Below, one piece after another: positions 25,808 to 37,869 of a DNA stretch of 64,000 nt. The DNA comes from Rhynchobatus australiae. Its lineage: Eukaryota. Where the stretch lies: contig JAUZTB010000074.1 of NCBI GenBank assembly GCA_034780895.1, forward strand, positions 13,047,631-13,111,630, in the 5' to 3' direction. Numbering within the stretch: position 1 is the stretch's first letter; the number at the start of each line of letters is the position of its first letter. The notes beneath the pieces are model-generated. The model was not told the origin of the DNA. It worked only from the letters and a program-made list of their open reading frames with translations, and searched no databases. Made by a program: the position numbers and the translations under genes.

Positions 25808-26325
25808 TTTACTGTCTATCCCTAATTGCCCTTGAGAAGGTGGAAGTGAGCCACTTTACTGAACAGCAGCATTCTTTCTTGTGAAGGAACCCCCTATAGT
25901 GCTGATGGGCATTTATACCCAGCAGCGATGAAGGACTAGCAAGATGATGTGTGACTTGGGGGGAATAAGTTGGTGGTGATGTCCCCATGTGTTTTCTGCT
26001 GTTCTCCTTGGTGGTGGATTTGAGAGATACTGTTGGAGTAGCCTGGGTGAATAACTGCAGTGCATTTTGTAGATGGTACACACTGATGCCAATCAAGCAT
26101 ACTGCTTTGTACTGGATGGTGCAGTTCTTCTTGAGGCTTGCTGGCAATGCACTCATCCAGGCAAGGGAAGGATTTCCATCATACTTCTTATTTGTGTCTT
26201 GTATAATGGGGTGTCAGGAGGTAAATCTGCAGAATATCCTGTCTCTGACTTGTCTTGTAGCCATGGTATTTATATGGCTGGTTCGGCTGAATTACTGCTC
26301 AGAGTGACCCTTGATGGTAGAGTCC
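25808..26325 (-). mobile_element. Non-LTR retrotransposon 3' end (CR1/L2-group; same family as 36600 and 41340)
   Basis: tccctaattgcccttgagaaggtggaagtgagcc...ctgcagtgcattttgtagatggtacacactg; antisense of the family seen on + at 42080-42460. Confidence 0.75.
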
Positions 26326-26339
26326 TGGAGAGATTTGGC

Positions 26340-26653
26340 CTGGGAACAGGCCCTTCGCCAACCAACAACCCATTTACACTAATCCTACATTAATCCCTTT
26401 GTCCCTACATTCTATTAATTCCCCCCAGATCTTATCACTTACCTACACACTAGGGGCTAGTTACAGTGGCCAATTAATTTACCAACCCACACATATTTTT
26501 GGATGTGGGAAGATCAGGAGCTCCCAGAGGAAACATGAAGAATGTACAAAGTCCCCACAGACAGCGCCTTAAGTCAGGAGTGAACCCAGGTCTCTGGTGC
26601 TGTGAGGCAGCAGTGCCACTGTGCCTACATGTGCCAGTGCCACTGTGCTGCCC
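26340..26653 (-). mobile_element. HE1-like V-SINE
   Basis: ggaacaggcccttcg tail, cacctacacactagggg, cagacagcgcc...gtcaggagtgaacccaggtctctggtgctgtgaggcagcag, terminal ccactgtgctgccc. Confidence 0.85.
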
Positions 26654-29009
26654 ATTAACTCAGTAAGCTAACGTCAATACCCTTAGTTTTCTGCCAATGC
26701 TCTGATTCATGCTTTTCAATTCTTACTTGTCATTAATTTACTCTGAATGCCTTCGACCTTTATTGAAAATTACATTTTTGGAAAACATTGCTTTGTCTAA
26801 CCCTGACTGCAGTAGTCTTCCCTTTGTCACCATTGATACAATAAGTTACTACATTTGCTTAGAGGTGCAAATGATTCATTCTTTAGAGCACAGGCTAAGT
26901 TCAATATCTTAATTGATGGTTGCAGGCTAAAACTGCACAGACCCAAATACTGGACAACCTGCAACAATGTTCCTTTATATCTGATAGCTTTGGGCTACTT
27001 CAGTATGGTGATGCATGGGGACTTAAACAGAAAATATTACATTTTCCCTGTATCCTCCAGTCCATTTTTCACAATATAAATGTGTTTTCAGTATTTTAAC
27101 CTAACTGTTAGATAGTTCTCCCTATTACACCATCACATTACNNNNNNNNNNNNNNNNNNNNNNNNNNNNNNNNNNNNNNNNNNNNNNNNNNNNNNNNNNN
27201 NNNNNNNNNNNNNNNNNNNNNNNNNNNNNNNNNNNNNNNNNNNNNNNNNNNNNNNNNNNNNNNNNNNNNNNNNNNNNNNNNNNNNNNNNNNNNNNNNNNN
27301 NNNNNNNNNNNNNNNNNNNNNNNNNNNNNNNNNNNNNNNNNNNNNNNNNNNNNNNNNNNNNNNNNNNNNNNNNNNNNNNNNNNNNNNNNNNNNNNNNNNN
27401 NNNNNNNNNNNNNNNNNNNNNNNNNNNNNNNNNNNNNNNNNNNNNNCAGTCCTTTGACATGCCACTGAAATCCAGATATCCTCAATTCTTGTGCCACTGA
27501 AGGTGGTTCCTATGGAACCCATTCTTTGTAAAACGCTAGAACTGCTGATTTAACATGCTTGAGAAGAAAGGATCATTTCGGTCATGGCTCATGATCCTGC
27601 ACAATAGTAAATCACCTCAGGAAGAAAATTCCATATACAACACACCTCAGCAACATTAAAACTAAGTGCCAATACTGTATAAACAGCATTTCACAAATTA
27701 CTTAAACCATAATAGATCAGTTCTCGGGGGAAGAAAAGCCCCATCCATCACAAAATCAATTACAGCATACTGAAACTAACAGAATACATACATCAGCAGC
27801 AACATGTGACTAATAGCAGCTTTAACAGCTCATTTTAAATCTGGCCATTGGCACAAATAGGCCACAGTGATGTTGTACAAATTTTATTATAGATGCAATA
27901 AAAAATTTCAATATAACCTCAGAAATTAGAAGTTCAAGAGAATTAAATAAATTGTATATGAAATCTGAAATGTTTTTGTTATTTTGCTATTTCTTTCATC
28001 ATCATTATCTAAATACGACAATCACCTGTTTTTCTAGCTTTCATTTGACACATTTATGAGTTCCCTGGAATATTGGTTGTGGAGTTTACAGTACGAACCT
28101 TTGTTTGGGTTACTTTCAGCATGTGAGAATAAGCAATGGATGGAAAACTTAAAAAGTCATAGCCAGAATCCCTCCTCCTCCACTCCCTGCCGATCACATT
28201 ACAAAATAAATTCCTTTGCAAGTGTATTGCAAATTTTTCGTTCATACACCCCATAATCTGTACAGGTCTGACACAGGATATCAGCAGCTGTGGGCTGGGN
28301 NNNNNNNNNNNNNNNNNNNNNNNNNNNNNNNNNNNNNNNNNNNNNNNNNNNNNNNNNNNNNNNNNNNNNNNNNNNNNNNNNNNNNNNNNNNNNNNNNNNA
28401 TATTTGGGTTCAACAGGCACTGGCTAAACTCCTGCCATCGCCTCATTAAAATTACAAGTCAAAGGTGGAAGCAATTTGTTGAGAGGTAGGAGCCTTTACC
28501 ATTAGCCACTTTTAAGAATGAGTTTTGTGATAGAGGTTGGAGTAACATTTTCAAATAAGTAATTAAAACCACACACAGAGAAAGGAACTGTAAAGAATAA
28601 CAAATACATGTGTGGCACTACATAGGTGACTCTATATTCATTGCAATTCATTGCACATGATGCACTTTGGATTGTTTCTTGAAAAGCATTGTGGCAAGTA
28701 CAGTGTAGCAACTATTTATGTTATAAACGTAAACAAATATTTTAAAATGTAGAAAATTCATTTACTTGCACAAATAAATGACCAAATGTATGTGTAGAAT
28801 TTGAATATTCAGACATTTACTCTTTTTAATGTCACCTTTCAAAAGAGCATGAAAAGTAATTACTTCAGGTACAAACTATGTTAGCCTAACTTGTTAAAGC
28901 TTTACTTTTTGTGTTTTCAGCTATTATTTCAACAATGTCCAGCCCCTTGTTTGAGATCATCTAGTAACACTTGACCAATGAAAATGTAAAGAAACTTTCA
29001 CAATCCCTA

Positions 29010-29143
29010 GGAGACACAAGAGGCTGAAGATGCTGGAATCTGAAGCAACACACAAAATGCTGGCAGAACTCAATGGGTCAGGCAGCATCTGTGGAGGGAA
29101 ATGGACAGTCGACGTCTCAAGTTAAGACCCTTCATCTGGACTG
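29010..29143 (-). mobile_element. Solo PLE pLTR with mutated hammerhead
   Basis: Same family as 236-364. Minus strand reads CAGTC-CAGATGA-AGGGtcttaaCTT-GAGA-C-GTC-GACTG: perfect 5-bp helix I but two core substitutions. Confidence 0.85.
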
Positions 29144-31029
29144 GTTGCTTAATCAAGGGACTGCAGATGGTGGTGCAGATTTCTGGTGAGTGGGAATGGG
29201 CAGAGGTCCTGATTAAAGACAACTGGAAAAAGGATGAAGAAACTTACAAAAACGCAGAAAATAAGTGGAAATGAAATGAAATAAGTCCAACAAAAATACA
29301 AAAAAAGATGTGAAAACTGAAGAAATTGCAGCAGATGTTCCATTGTCAAATTGCAGCAGAAGTTCCAATAAATCATGACTTATAAAAACGTGATTCACTT
29401 CCTCATGCACCCTATGATGTGGAGGGTTACAATTTGGACAGAATAAGTTTAAAGTGTCTCCTTTGCAATACATACAGGGTCAAATACAAATGATGAATTA
29501 CAAAAAAAAGGCTGCTGATTATTTAAAAATAAGAGAATTGTCATAAAAACAGAAAACACTGGAAGGACTCAATAGGAGGGAATGAAACTCACTTCCACAG
29601 CCACATTACTTTCCTTACAAATGTATCTGGCTCCATGTGAAATTCCCCGGTTTGGATCCACCAATGATCATAGGTGTTTTGAATTATTCAGTGTCTTCCT
29701 AATCACTGCTTCTCTAATCTTGCATCTAAAATATATCTTGATGCCATGCGTTGTTACACATATTCTCCTGAGCCCTCTATACAACAGCACTGACACTATC
29801 TCAAAATCGTCACGGTCTGTAGTTTCATTTCATCCTTTGCCAAATTTGGTGTTTCAACAAAAAGTTTTTTTTTTCCCGTTCTTTCAGATATCAAAGATCT
29901 CAAACTTCAACAGCTCTTGAATTCCAAAAATACTCCTTTGGATCCTTCACTGTCTTTTGACCCTATCCCTTCCTTGGTCCAACCCTTGCCGTATTTTCAC
30001 TGCCCTTCCTGATCTTCCCCTCTTTGACTCTGAACAATCAGTCCTCAGCAGAGCCCTCAGCTTCATCTCCCTATGTTCCTTCCTTAATGAATTCGGACCT
30101 TGATACAATGTTGAACTCACCTTCCACAGCTTCACTTCTGTGCCTTTTCTTTGACTAGGTGTTCTCACCCATAACTGTGGATCCTTTCTTCCATCTTCAA
30201 CATTCTATCTGGACCACCCTTCCAACTTCTTTCCCAGGTTATTCCATCACCCTAACTCTTAACGTATCCCACTCTGAATTTGCAGCACTCTGCTCACTGA
30301 GGACCAATCTCAACACTGTCATTCAACCTACTAACAAAGGTTTAGTGAACTGACCACTACATCACAGAGGCAGAACGTCACCTCCTCTTATCTTTCAATG
30401 GACCACGACCCCACCAGTCTTGTATCCCAGACAGTCAATGATCTAATATCCTTGGGAATATGCAAACCCCACCCTCATAATCCCCAACCCACTCCTCCCA
30501 CCCCTTCAGCCGAATTTTATCTCCTCCTCGAGCTCCACAAACAGGACCATAAGGAGAAATACTTTGTATCAGCCTGTTCTTGCCCCACAGGATTCATTTC
30601 TCCTACCTTGACTTCTTTTTCTCCCTTGTCCTGTCTCTTTCCATTTAGCCATGATACCACTGATGCTTTCTCATTTCCTGATGCCAACCAGCTCACCTTC
30701 AATTGGATTAGACCTCCAATTCTTTCATATCTCCATCCGATGCCAGGATGGTCTGAAGGTCCTTTGCTTCTTCCTTGAACAGAAGCCCAGCTCATCCCCT
30801 TTCATCACTTACACTTCAACTATATTCATTTTCCCCAAATCAAAGGTATGGCGATGGGAACTGGTATGGACTTGAGCTATGCTTGCTCTTTTGTTGGAAA
30901 CTTGGCACGGTTCTTGTGTCAGTCCTCAGTAGGATCCCTCCAACTCCTTTTCTGTTAAAGTGATGACTCCCAAACCTGAAAATATCATTACTTTTGCTAC
31001 GATATCCCCCCTGCTCTCACATTCAGATG

Positions 31030-31628
31030 GTTTTTTTTGGAATGGCCATTTGGAGAGTGGCTGTTGTGAGGTAAGGGCTGTGTCTGCGGTGGGAATGCTG
31101 AGGCCTTGTCTCAAGAGGCTTAGGCGAGGAGGCCGAGCCATGGTACGGTAAGATCTTTTCACTTTCCTCTGTAGTCTTGGTGGTTTAGAGATGGCAGTCA
31201 GGGCAGCTGCGTGCTCCTCCTGCAGAATGTGGGAGATCACACAATCTTCCAGTATCCCTGGTGACTATACCTAACTGACTGCATCAAATGGCTGGAGCTG
31301 CAGTAGGACTCTCTCAGGAGAATCTGTGATGCTGAGAGCAACGTAGATAGGAACTATAGGGAGGTGGTCATGCTAAAGGTATGGGCAGCACAAGTTAACC
31401 ACCAGGAAAGATAGAGGGTGTAGACAAGGAGTGCAGGTTTCCCCTTTGGCCATTCCCCTCAGTGACAAGTATATTATTTTGGATACGGCAGGGAAAGGGG
31501 ACAGCCGTTCAGAGGAGAGCAGCAGTGGCCAGATCTACGGCACACAACTGGCTCATATCCACAGGAAGGAAGAGTGGAATCAAGGAGAGCTGTAGTGACA
31601 GGAGACTCAACAGTTAGGGGAACAGACT
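31030..31628 (+). mobile_element. CR1 5' UTR + ORF1 fragment nested in the PLE
   Basis: MAVRAAACSSCRMWEITQSSSIPGDYT (CxxC), SYREVV, PLAIPLSDKYIILDT and VVTGDSTVRGTD (GDS block of the CR1 ORF1 SGNH esterase). Confidence 0.85.
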
Positions 31629-31749
31629 GTTCTATTTGGTTACATTGACAACTTTGGTCTGCATCTTACCACAGACATTCCCTCTGTTCTCTCCTTCACC
31701 ACCCCACCCCACTCTCTGCAACTAAATAGACCCTCATCTACTCATTTTT

Positions 31750-31790
31750 CCACTTCTGTTGAAGGGTCCTCAACCCGAATGTCAACTCTG
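31750..31790 (+). ncRNA. Degenerate hammerhead motif in the PLE 3' pLTR (probably inactive)
   Basis: CTGTTGA-A-GGG tcctcaa CCC-GAAT-GTC-aac; A6U substitution and loss of bases in GAAAC. Confidence 0.55.
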
Positions 31791-32129
31791 TTTCTCTCCC
31801 CACTGATGCTGCTTCCCTGTTGAGGCTCTCCCAGCATTTTCATTTTTTTCCAGCTCCTGTAGCTTCTTGCTCCATTTATTTTGTCTCAATGCTTTGTTGT
31901 CAAAGTTCTGTGCATTGTGAGCCAGATAAAATTTGATTATATCTAAAATAATCATAGATAACAGAGTCTCAAGTGAAGACTCTAACATTAATGCAAACAG
32001 ATAATTATTTATAAGGCTAGTGAGAATCAGTGAAATCACATGAAGAAAGCATCAAAAATGTTGTAATCAAATAAACAAAGATTTGTATTAATATTGTGCC
32101 TTTAGTGTGGTAAGGTACTACATGGTACA

Positions 32130-32500
32130 TCATCAGATATGCTATCTGGTGTTGAACCACCTAGGAATTTAAGAGATTACTAAAGGCATGGTCATAGAAG
32201 TAGGTGTTTAAGAAATATCTTAAAGGGAGAAAAAGAGTAGAAAAGCAAAGAGTTTAGCAAGGGACTTCCAGAGCAAAGAGCAAAGTCACCAATTGTGCAG
32301 CACATAATTTTTGGTAATGTTTAAGTGGCCATAATTGGAGGCCTTCAGATATTNNNNNNNNNNNNNNNNNNNNNAGGGCAGAGATATAGAAGATTTGGAC
32401 ACAGGGGTAAGAATTTCAAACTCAAGGCACTACTTATCTAGAAGTCAAGGTTGACCTGGGAGCAAAAGGATGATGGGAGATGGCAGCTTTGGATGATCTG
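32130..32500 (-). mobile_element. L2 LINE 3' fragment
   Basis: actaaaggcatggtcatagaagtaggtgtttaagaaatatcttaaagggaga...gagtttagcaagggacttccagagc is antisense to the L2 end at 12270. Confidence 0.7.
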
Positions 32501-34584
32501 AAGAGAACGACAATTTACAATTACATCAGAATTATCTATCTAGTCCATATATCAACCATGAATAGATTTTAAAAAAGTTGTTTAATGTTCAACTTTAACA
32601 TTGCAAAATTAAGTAACTGTTGAAATGAGAGCATTTGCATTCTTTGTCTAGAAAATCTAACCATACAATTGTTTATATTGGTGGTTATTGAAATAATATA
32701 CATCTGAATATATTTGATATTTTCAATTTTACACACCACACAAAAAGGAGCCTGATTAAACTTTACATTTTTTATGGTCTTCAGTTTTTTGGACATACAG
32801 CACAGCTGTCGAGTTTCAAATATTTATAAGTAGCCTTGACCCTTTTGAGGGAATCTGGCTTGTAGGTTTTGAATGAGGTCATTTTTGCTCATCACATACA
32901 ATCTTAAAATCACAGTGTGAATTGTTCGCTGAAAGTGGAATTAGCAAAACTCAGAACATGCTGATTAAAAGCACATACCTTATTATGACGTTTGGGAATC
33001 TACCCAAGTTATTTTCCTTGTGAATGTTCACATTGCTAATGAACTCTTGTAAGGAGTAACATGGCTGTTTTCAATAAAGCAGTACCAAAAGAGCTGAGCA
33101 GTTTAATTTCTAAAATACACAACCTCTACATTCTAATAATAACATTTTCTCAATAAATGCACCACTGCCATTGGTTGACTCATTGGGAGAACTGGAAGGA
33201 AGCCCAACAACATTACAATTGGCCTATTTGCTTGCAGTTGTGATGCATAGCTTTAGCTCTACTGTACAACAGCTCTTTGCCTTACTTAATGAAGGCAGTG
33301 TTTGTGCTTTGGTTTTTAAACAAAAGCCTATCTTCAAGTCTCTGTTCGTTGAGATTAAATCTGCAGCTTGTATGGGGAGCTNNNNNNNNNNNNNNNNNNN
33401 NNNNNNNNNNNNNNNNNNNNNNNNNNNNNNNNNNNNNNNNNNNNNNNNNNNNNNNNNNNNNNNNNNNNNNNNNNNNNNNNNNNNNNNNNNNNNNNNNNNN
33501 NNNNCGATCTAGTAAATGGAAGTTTTGGGGTTTTATCTTATTACTGTCATTTCTCACTTTTTTTCAAGTTTCCAACTGGAACTATGCCTCTGTTATTACA
33601 ATTTGATGAATGCTTTTGCAAATTTGCTATGGATTTAATTCATATAATCTCAGTATATTGTTTATAAAACCTTGAAATTTTGGGATTTCCTGTCTCAAAA
33701 TACACTGATGCTGTGATCTCCAAGTACGGTTACTCAATACACTCCTCTATCAAGGCTTAATGAGGTGATTCAAAATTAACTTGTTCATGTTGAACAATGT
33801 TCCTGTTTTAAAGGTACAAATGAATTTTTTTTAAATGTAAGCAAAAGACCAATTGAATACTCTATTAGGATTATAAGTTTGAAAAAATCACACAGACTGC
33901 CCAGGATATTGTGTGGGAACATTTAAGTCTTTGTTTTCAACTGAAGTTATGTCCTTACAGATGCCTGAACCTATTTCCTTTTGACTTTGGTCCCTTGGGC
34001 ATTGTTTTTCCTCCTGGTCTATTACTGATGCGAGAGACTGCACCGGATGCATGAATTAATCTCAGGAGCTTCTTCCCTAAATCCCTTTGCTTTTTGTCTT
34101 GTTCAATCAGAAGGAGCCAACTCAAGCCTTTCTTTTTAACCATACTTTTAGCCAACAACCTTAGCACTTCGTATGCGCCTTGAGACGACTGCATCTGTGA
34201 ATGGTAGATAAATATAAGTTTTTCTCAGGTGATCTTGAACTGCTTAAATTTGACACTGGCAACTTTATTCTTAAGACACTACACATTTTGGATCAATGAG
34301 AGTACAGTCAAACGTGCAGCATAACTGGTCTGCTTATTCTCTAAGAAAGGGATTGCAATTTCAGCTTNNNNNNNNNNNCAATTTCTCCATCACATGAATT
34401 AAAATGAATTTGATTTGTCTTGTTAATTGCACAGAAACTACAAATAATACATTAGCCCATCAGGAGAAGGGGAACATATAGTAATTAAGCCCACAAAATG
34501 CAAGAGCTCTATTGTACCAATTAAATTCTAAACAAACTGTACAGCTGCACTATTGTGGTTTGAGTTTAAAGCTGCTTTATTCAC

Positions 34585-34629
34585 AAACAAGGATGTTCTA
34601 TTTCAAAACAAGGATGTTCTATTTCAAAA
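34585..34629. repeat. Perfect 21-bp tandem duplication
   Basis: aaacaaggatgttctatttca x2. Confidence 0.95.
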
Positions 34630-36099
34630 TTCTCAATCACAATTGCCTGGTCAGCAAACACAGTGACTTAACTTTACTTAAATAAAGATACACTTGTATT
34701 TTTTTCCCCTCATGCAGAGATCAGGGCTCAGTGTTGTGGTCAATCTTCTGCCTCTTCTTCATGACTCCAATAAAGAGCAAGTAAGATTGCAAGATTGATC
34801 CCAATAGTTTGAATGGCTAGAGATGGGTATGAAATTTAGTTGAAGTGTATTATTTTTAAGAAAAGCAAAAATACATGTAAGGTAAAATATACCGAGACTG
34901 TGAAAATATTCTAAGGTGGATCTTGATTTTGTGTCATGGTAGAAAATGAGCAATTGCAAGTCAATGGGCCATTTATATCACTCTCTACTTTACTTCCATT
35001 ATGAAAATAAAGATTGGGAAAGACCAAAAACATGTGATTTTGATCTATCGCCCTTATTAAACCACAGCAGTCAAGATCCATATCTTTGTGCCTTTGTGAA
35101 TAAGAATGCAAAACATAAATAAAGTGAAATTTAGCTGTATTTCTAGAAGTGGGCTAGTTTGTCAAATAAAAATGCAAAATTCTAATTACTTTGCAGTTAG
35201 TGTATTGAATGCAGAGATTTACCATTAAATCATTTAATTAATTACATTTAATTAAAAATGAATGTGACATTTATTTTTAAATTTTTAATTAAAAAGACAA
35301 TTATGGGATGTACTAGACCATAATATGCTTCATTAATTTGAGCAAGACCTCTTCTCCTGGGCACCAATGTTAAAATCTCACAGAGCTAGTATTCACTGAG
35401 TGCTAGCTGAATGATCGACAGCTCTGAATGACCATTCAGCAATGAAAGGGATGTTGATCTGTATTGAAATAATGGAGACACTCACAAGAGCATTTGACAT
35501 GGCTATTTTGGGCATCACCAACATAAATGATGGGCCTGCACAGTCTGTGGATAAAAACAATGATTTCCTACCAGCTAAAATAGAAATAAAGGGCTGTATT
35601 GTGGAAGGTATCAAAAGCGTGTGGTACCTTGTATTAAAATTACTTCCTTCCCAACCCCCACAGTAATGCTTTCTTACATAGATAACAAGCCTACTATCTT
35701 AAACTATCCACCAATCCCCCTTTGCAGTCCTAGTAACTGTTTAAGTTCCTAGATTCATGTATTCATATATTTATCAACACATCAAAGAAATGCAAATCAA
35801 TAAGAATTGTAGAAATGTGATTGCTACCCCTGCCATGGCTCAGTCGCTCATTGATTCACAGGCTACACTGGGTGAAGGTGACTTTCATTTATTTAAAAGA
35901 ACAAATGGTAGGGAAGGTGGAGATGATTTCTGCTCTTAAAAGGTGCAGGTATTCACCTTGAGAAAAGAAGGCAATTCACTATATAAACAGGCTTTCTGTC
36001 AAATTAGTGGTCTAATATATTTGGAAGGCTGTTAAGATTAAGATTTGATTTCTGCAATTATATAGCACCACATCACTGGATCCTTGTAGGTATGTGGCA

Positions 36100-36590
36100 G
36101 ATTTAGATCTTCAGCATTCTTAAGCACCATCAAGGCCATCAGCGGTCTAAATATCTGAGACTCCATAACACTGAGAGCCAAGAATGGGAAAGAATTCATT
36201 AGGGACAGTGGGATAATCAATTCTCGCAGGAAAGAACACCTCAAAGACCTCCTCAACCGTGACTCTATCCTTGATGTGAGTGCCTTGACTCCATCCCACA
36301 GCAATCTATTTGGCCCAGCCAAGCATCACTTTTGACTGAAAAGAAGTCAAAAAGATAGTACCTCAACTAAAAGATCGTGGGAGCTGACAGTATCCCTGTT
36401 GAAGATGTGAAACTTTGTGGTGAAGACTTTCAGGTACAAATTCACAATCTCATTGTGCACAGAAGTGAAGAGGAGAATAAAGCAGGGGACCTCAGAGATG
36501 CCAAAAATGTGACCATATTCAAGAAAGGAGACAAATTAACTGTGCTAACTACAGAGGGGTCTCTTTGAGGGTATGTCATTGCCAGGGTCT
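36100..36590 (+). mobile_element. RTE-clade LINE fragment (linker to start of RT)
   Basis: LRAKNGKEFIRD...RKEHLKDLLNRDS, GADSIPVEDVKLCG..QIHNLI..DLRDAKNVTIFKKGDK..NYRGVSL. Confidence 0.85.
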
Positions 36591-36599
36591 GTGATCTAT

Positions 36600-36741
36600 T
36601 GAGCAGCAGCATTTAATGCATGTTTTTAACCGCTTTGAGAAATTTTTGGTGAGCTGCTCTCTTGAGCACTGCACCCCTTGCTCCCATGTGACAGTTGGAC
36701 AAGGGGCTCCAGCATTCAGATCCACTGACAGTGAAGATCAT
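36600..36741 (-). mobile_element. LINE 3' end, same family as 25808-26325
   Basis: cagcatttaatgc...ctttgagaa...ggtgagctgctctcttgagcactgca...ctccagcattcagatccactgacagtgaag. Confidence 0.6.
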
Positions 36742-36841
36742 NNNNNNNNNNNNNNNNNNNNNNNNNNNNNNNNNNNNNNNNNNNNNNNNNNNNNNNNNNN
36801 NNNNNNNNNNNNNNNNNNNNNNNNNNNNNNNNNNNNNNNNN

Positions 36842-37025
36842 AACTACCCTACTAACCAACACATCTGTGGGATATAGGAGTAAACCAGAACATTTGGAAG
36901 AAACCCATGCAGTCAGAGGGAGAATGTGCAAACTTAAAACAGCCAGCTCCTGGAAGTCAGGATTGAACCCAGGTCACAGGAGCTATAAAGGCAGCAGCTC
37001 TACTAGTTGTGCCACGTGCTATCCT
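36842..37025 (-). mobile_element. HE1-like V-SINE 5' part
   Basis: gaaacccatgcagtcagagggagaatgtgcaaact...gtcaggattgaacccaggtc...ggcagcagctctac. Confidence 0.85.
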
Positions 37026-37869
37026 TTGTATGCTTTACATACTGAACAGTTTCTAGCATGTTTAATTTTGAAGGTACTCTTCCACAAGGTTTACCAAGCA
37101 GCCTGCTGTTTTAAGCATGTGTCAGGAGAAATCTGCTTCAGAAAGCAATGGTTAGATAAGGAAGGACTGTTCCTTACTGTAAAACAAACTAAATGAGCCT
37201 TGCAAAAATAAAAGGGGAAGAGCAGTTTTACTGAAAATGCAGGATTTATCAGAATCAAAATCAGAATCAATATCTGAAAATGGTTTCATTTCCTCAGAAA
37301 TATATTTAAAACAAGTGCTTCCCACCCAAGGTGCCTACATTGCTCTTCCTGAACCTATCCTGGTGATAACTGAACTTCAGACAAATTTATGGGATTTGAC
37401 TGCACTAGAGTATCATAGTCTCTCATTCTGAATTCTAAATATAGAGAGAACTCTTCAGCACGTGCTATTAGTGTGGTGTGTGGACAGCATCCTCCCTTAT
37501 CCTACACCAATGTGATAGATGACTGAGAGTGGTGTAGGGGTGGTGCCAGGAAAACACCTAGTGGCTGTTAGCAGGAGACAGCACCATTATGGAAGGCTGG
37601 CTCAAGCCACTCAACCTTGGGTTTTACCCAGAGTTGAGCTTCTAAGCACATCCTCTATCTCCCAGTCTCAAAACACCTGCTGTCAACACTCATCCATGCC
37701 TTTTTTAGTTCCTTCACCTGTCAAGGTCTTAGGATCTGGAACTCTCCTCACCGCACTGCTTCTTTGGACACAATTGCGGCAATAATCTTTGTAAGATTAA
37801 AAATATTGCCTGAAGAGTTTGAGTGTCCACATATAGGTTTGGTTTTTCTTTCAGATTTACAGGATTTCC

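Larger units (their letters stand above)
29540..31870 (+). mobile_element. Decayed Penelope-like element (Neptune-type RT): inverted 5' pLTR remnant, RT, 3' pLTR
   Basis: Colinear PLE motifs: DSEQSVLSRALSF, AALCSLRTNLNTVIQPTNKG (KPADKG), FYLLLELHKQD...VSACSCPT (FYLLPKIHK..RPIVS), DLQFFHISIRCQDGL, QIKGMAMGTGMDLSYACSFVG. 3' pLTR with HHR relic at 31756-31790; antisense pLTR piece at 29540-29590. Confidence 0.88.
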
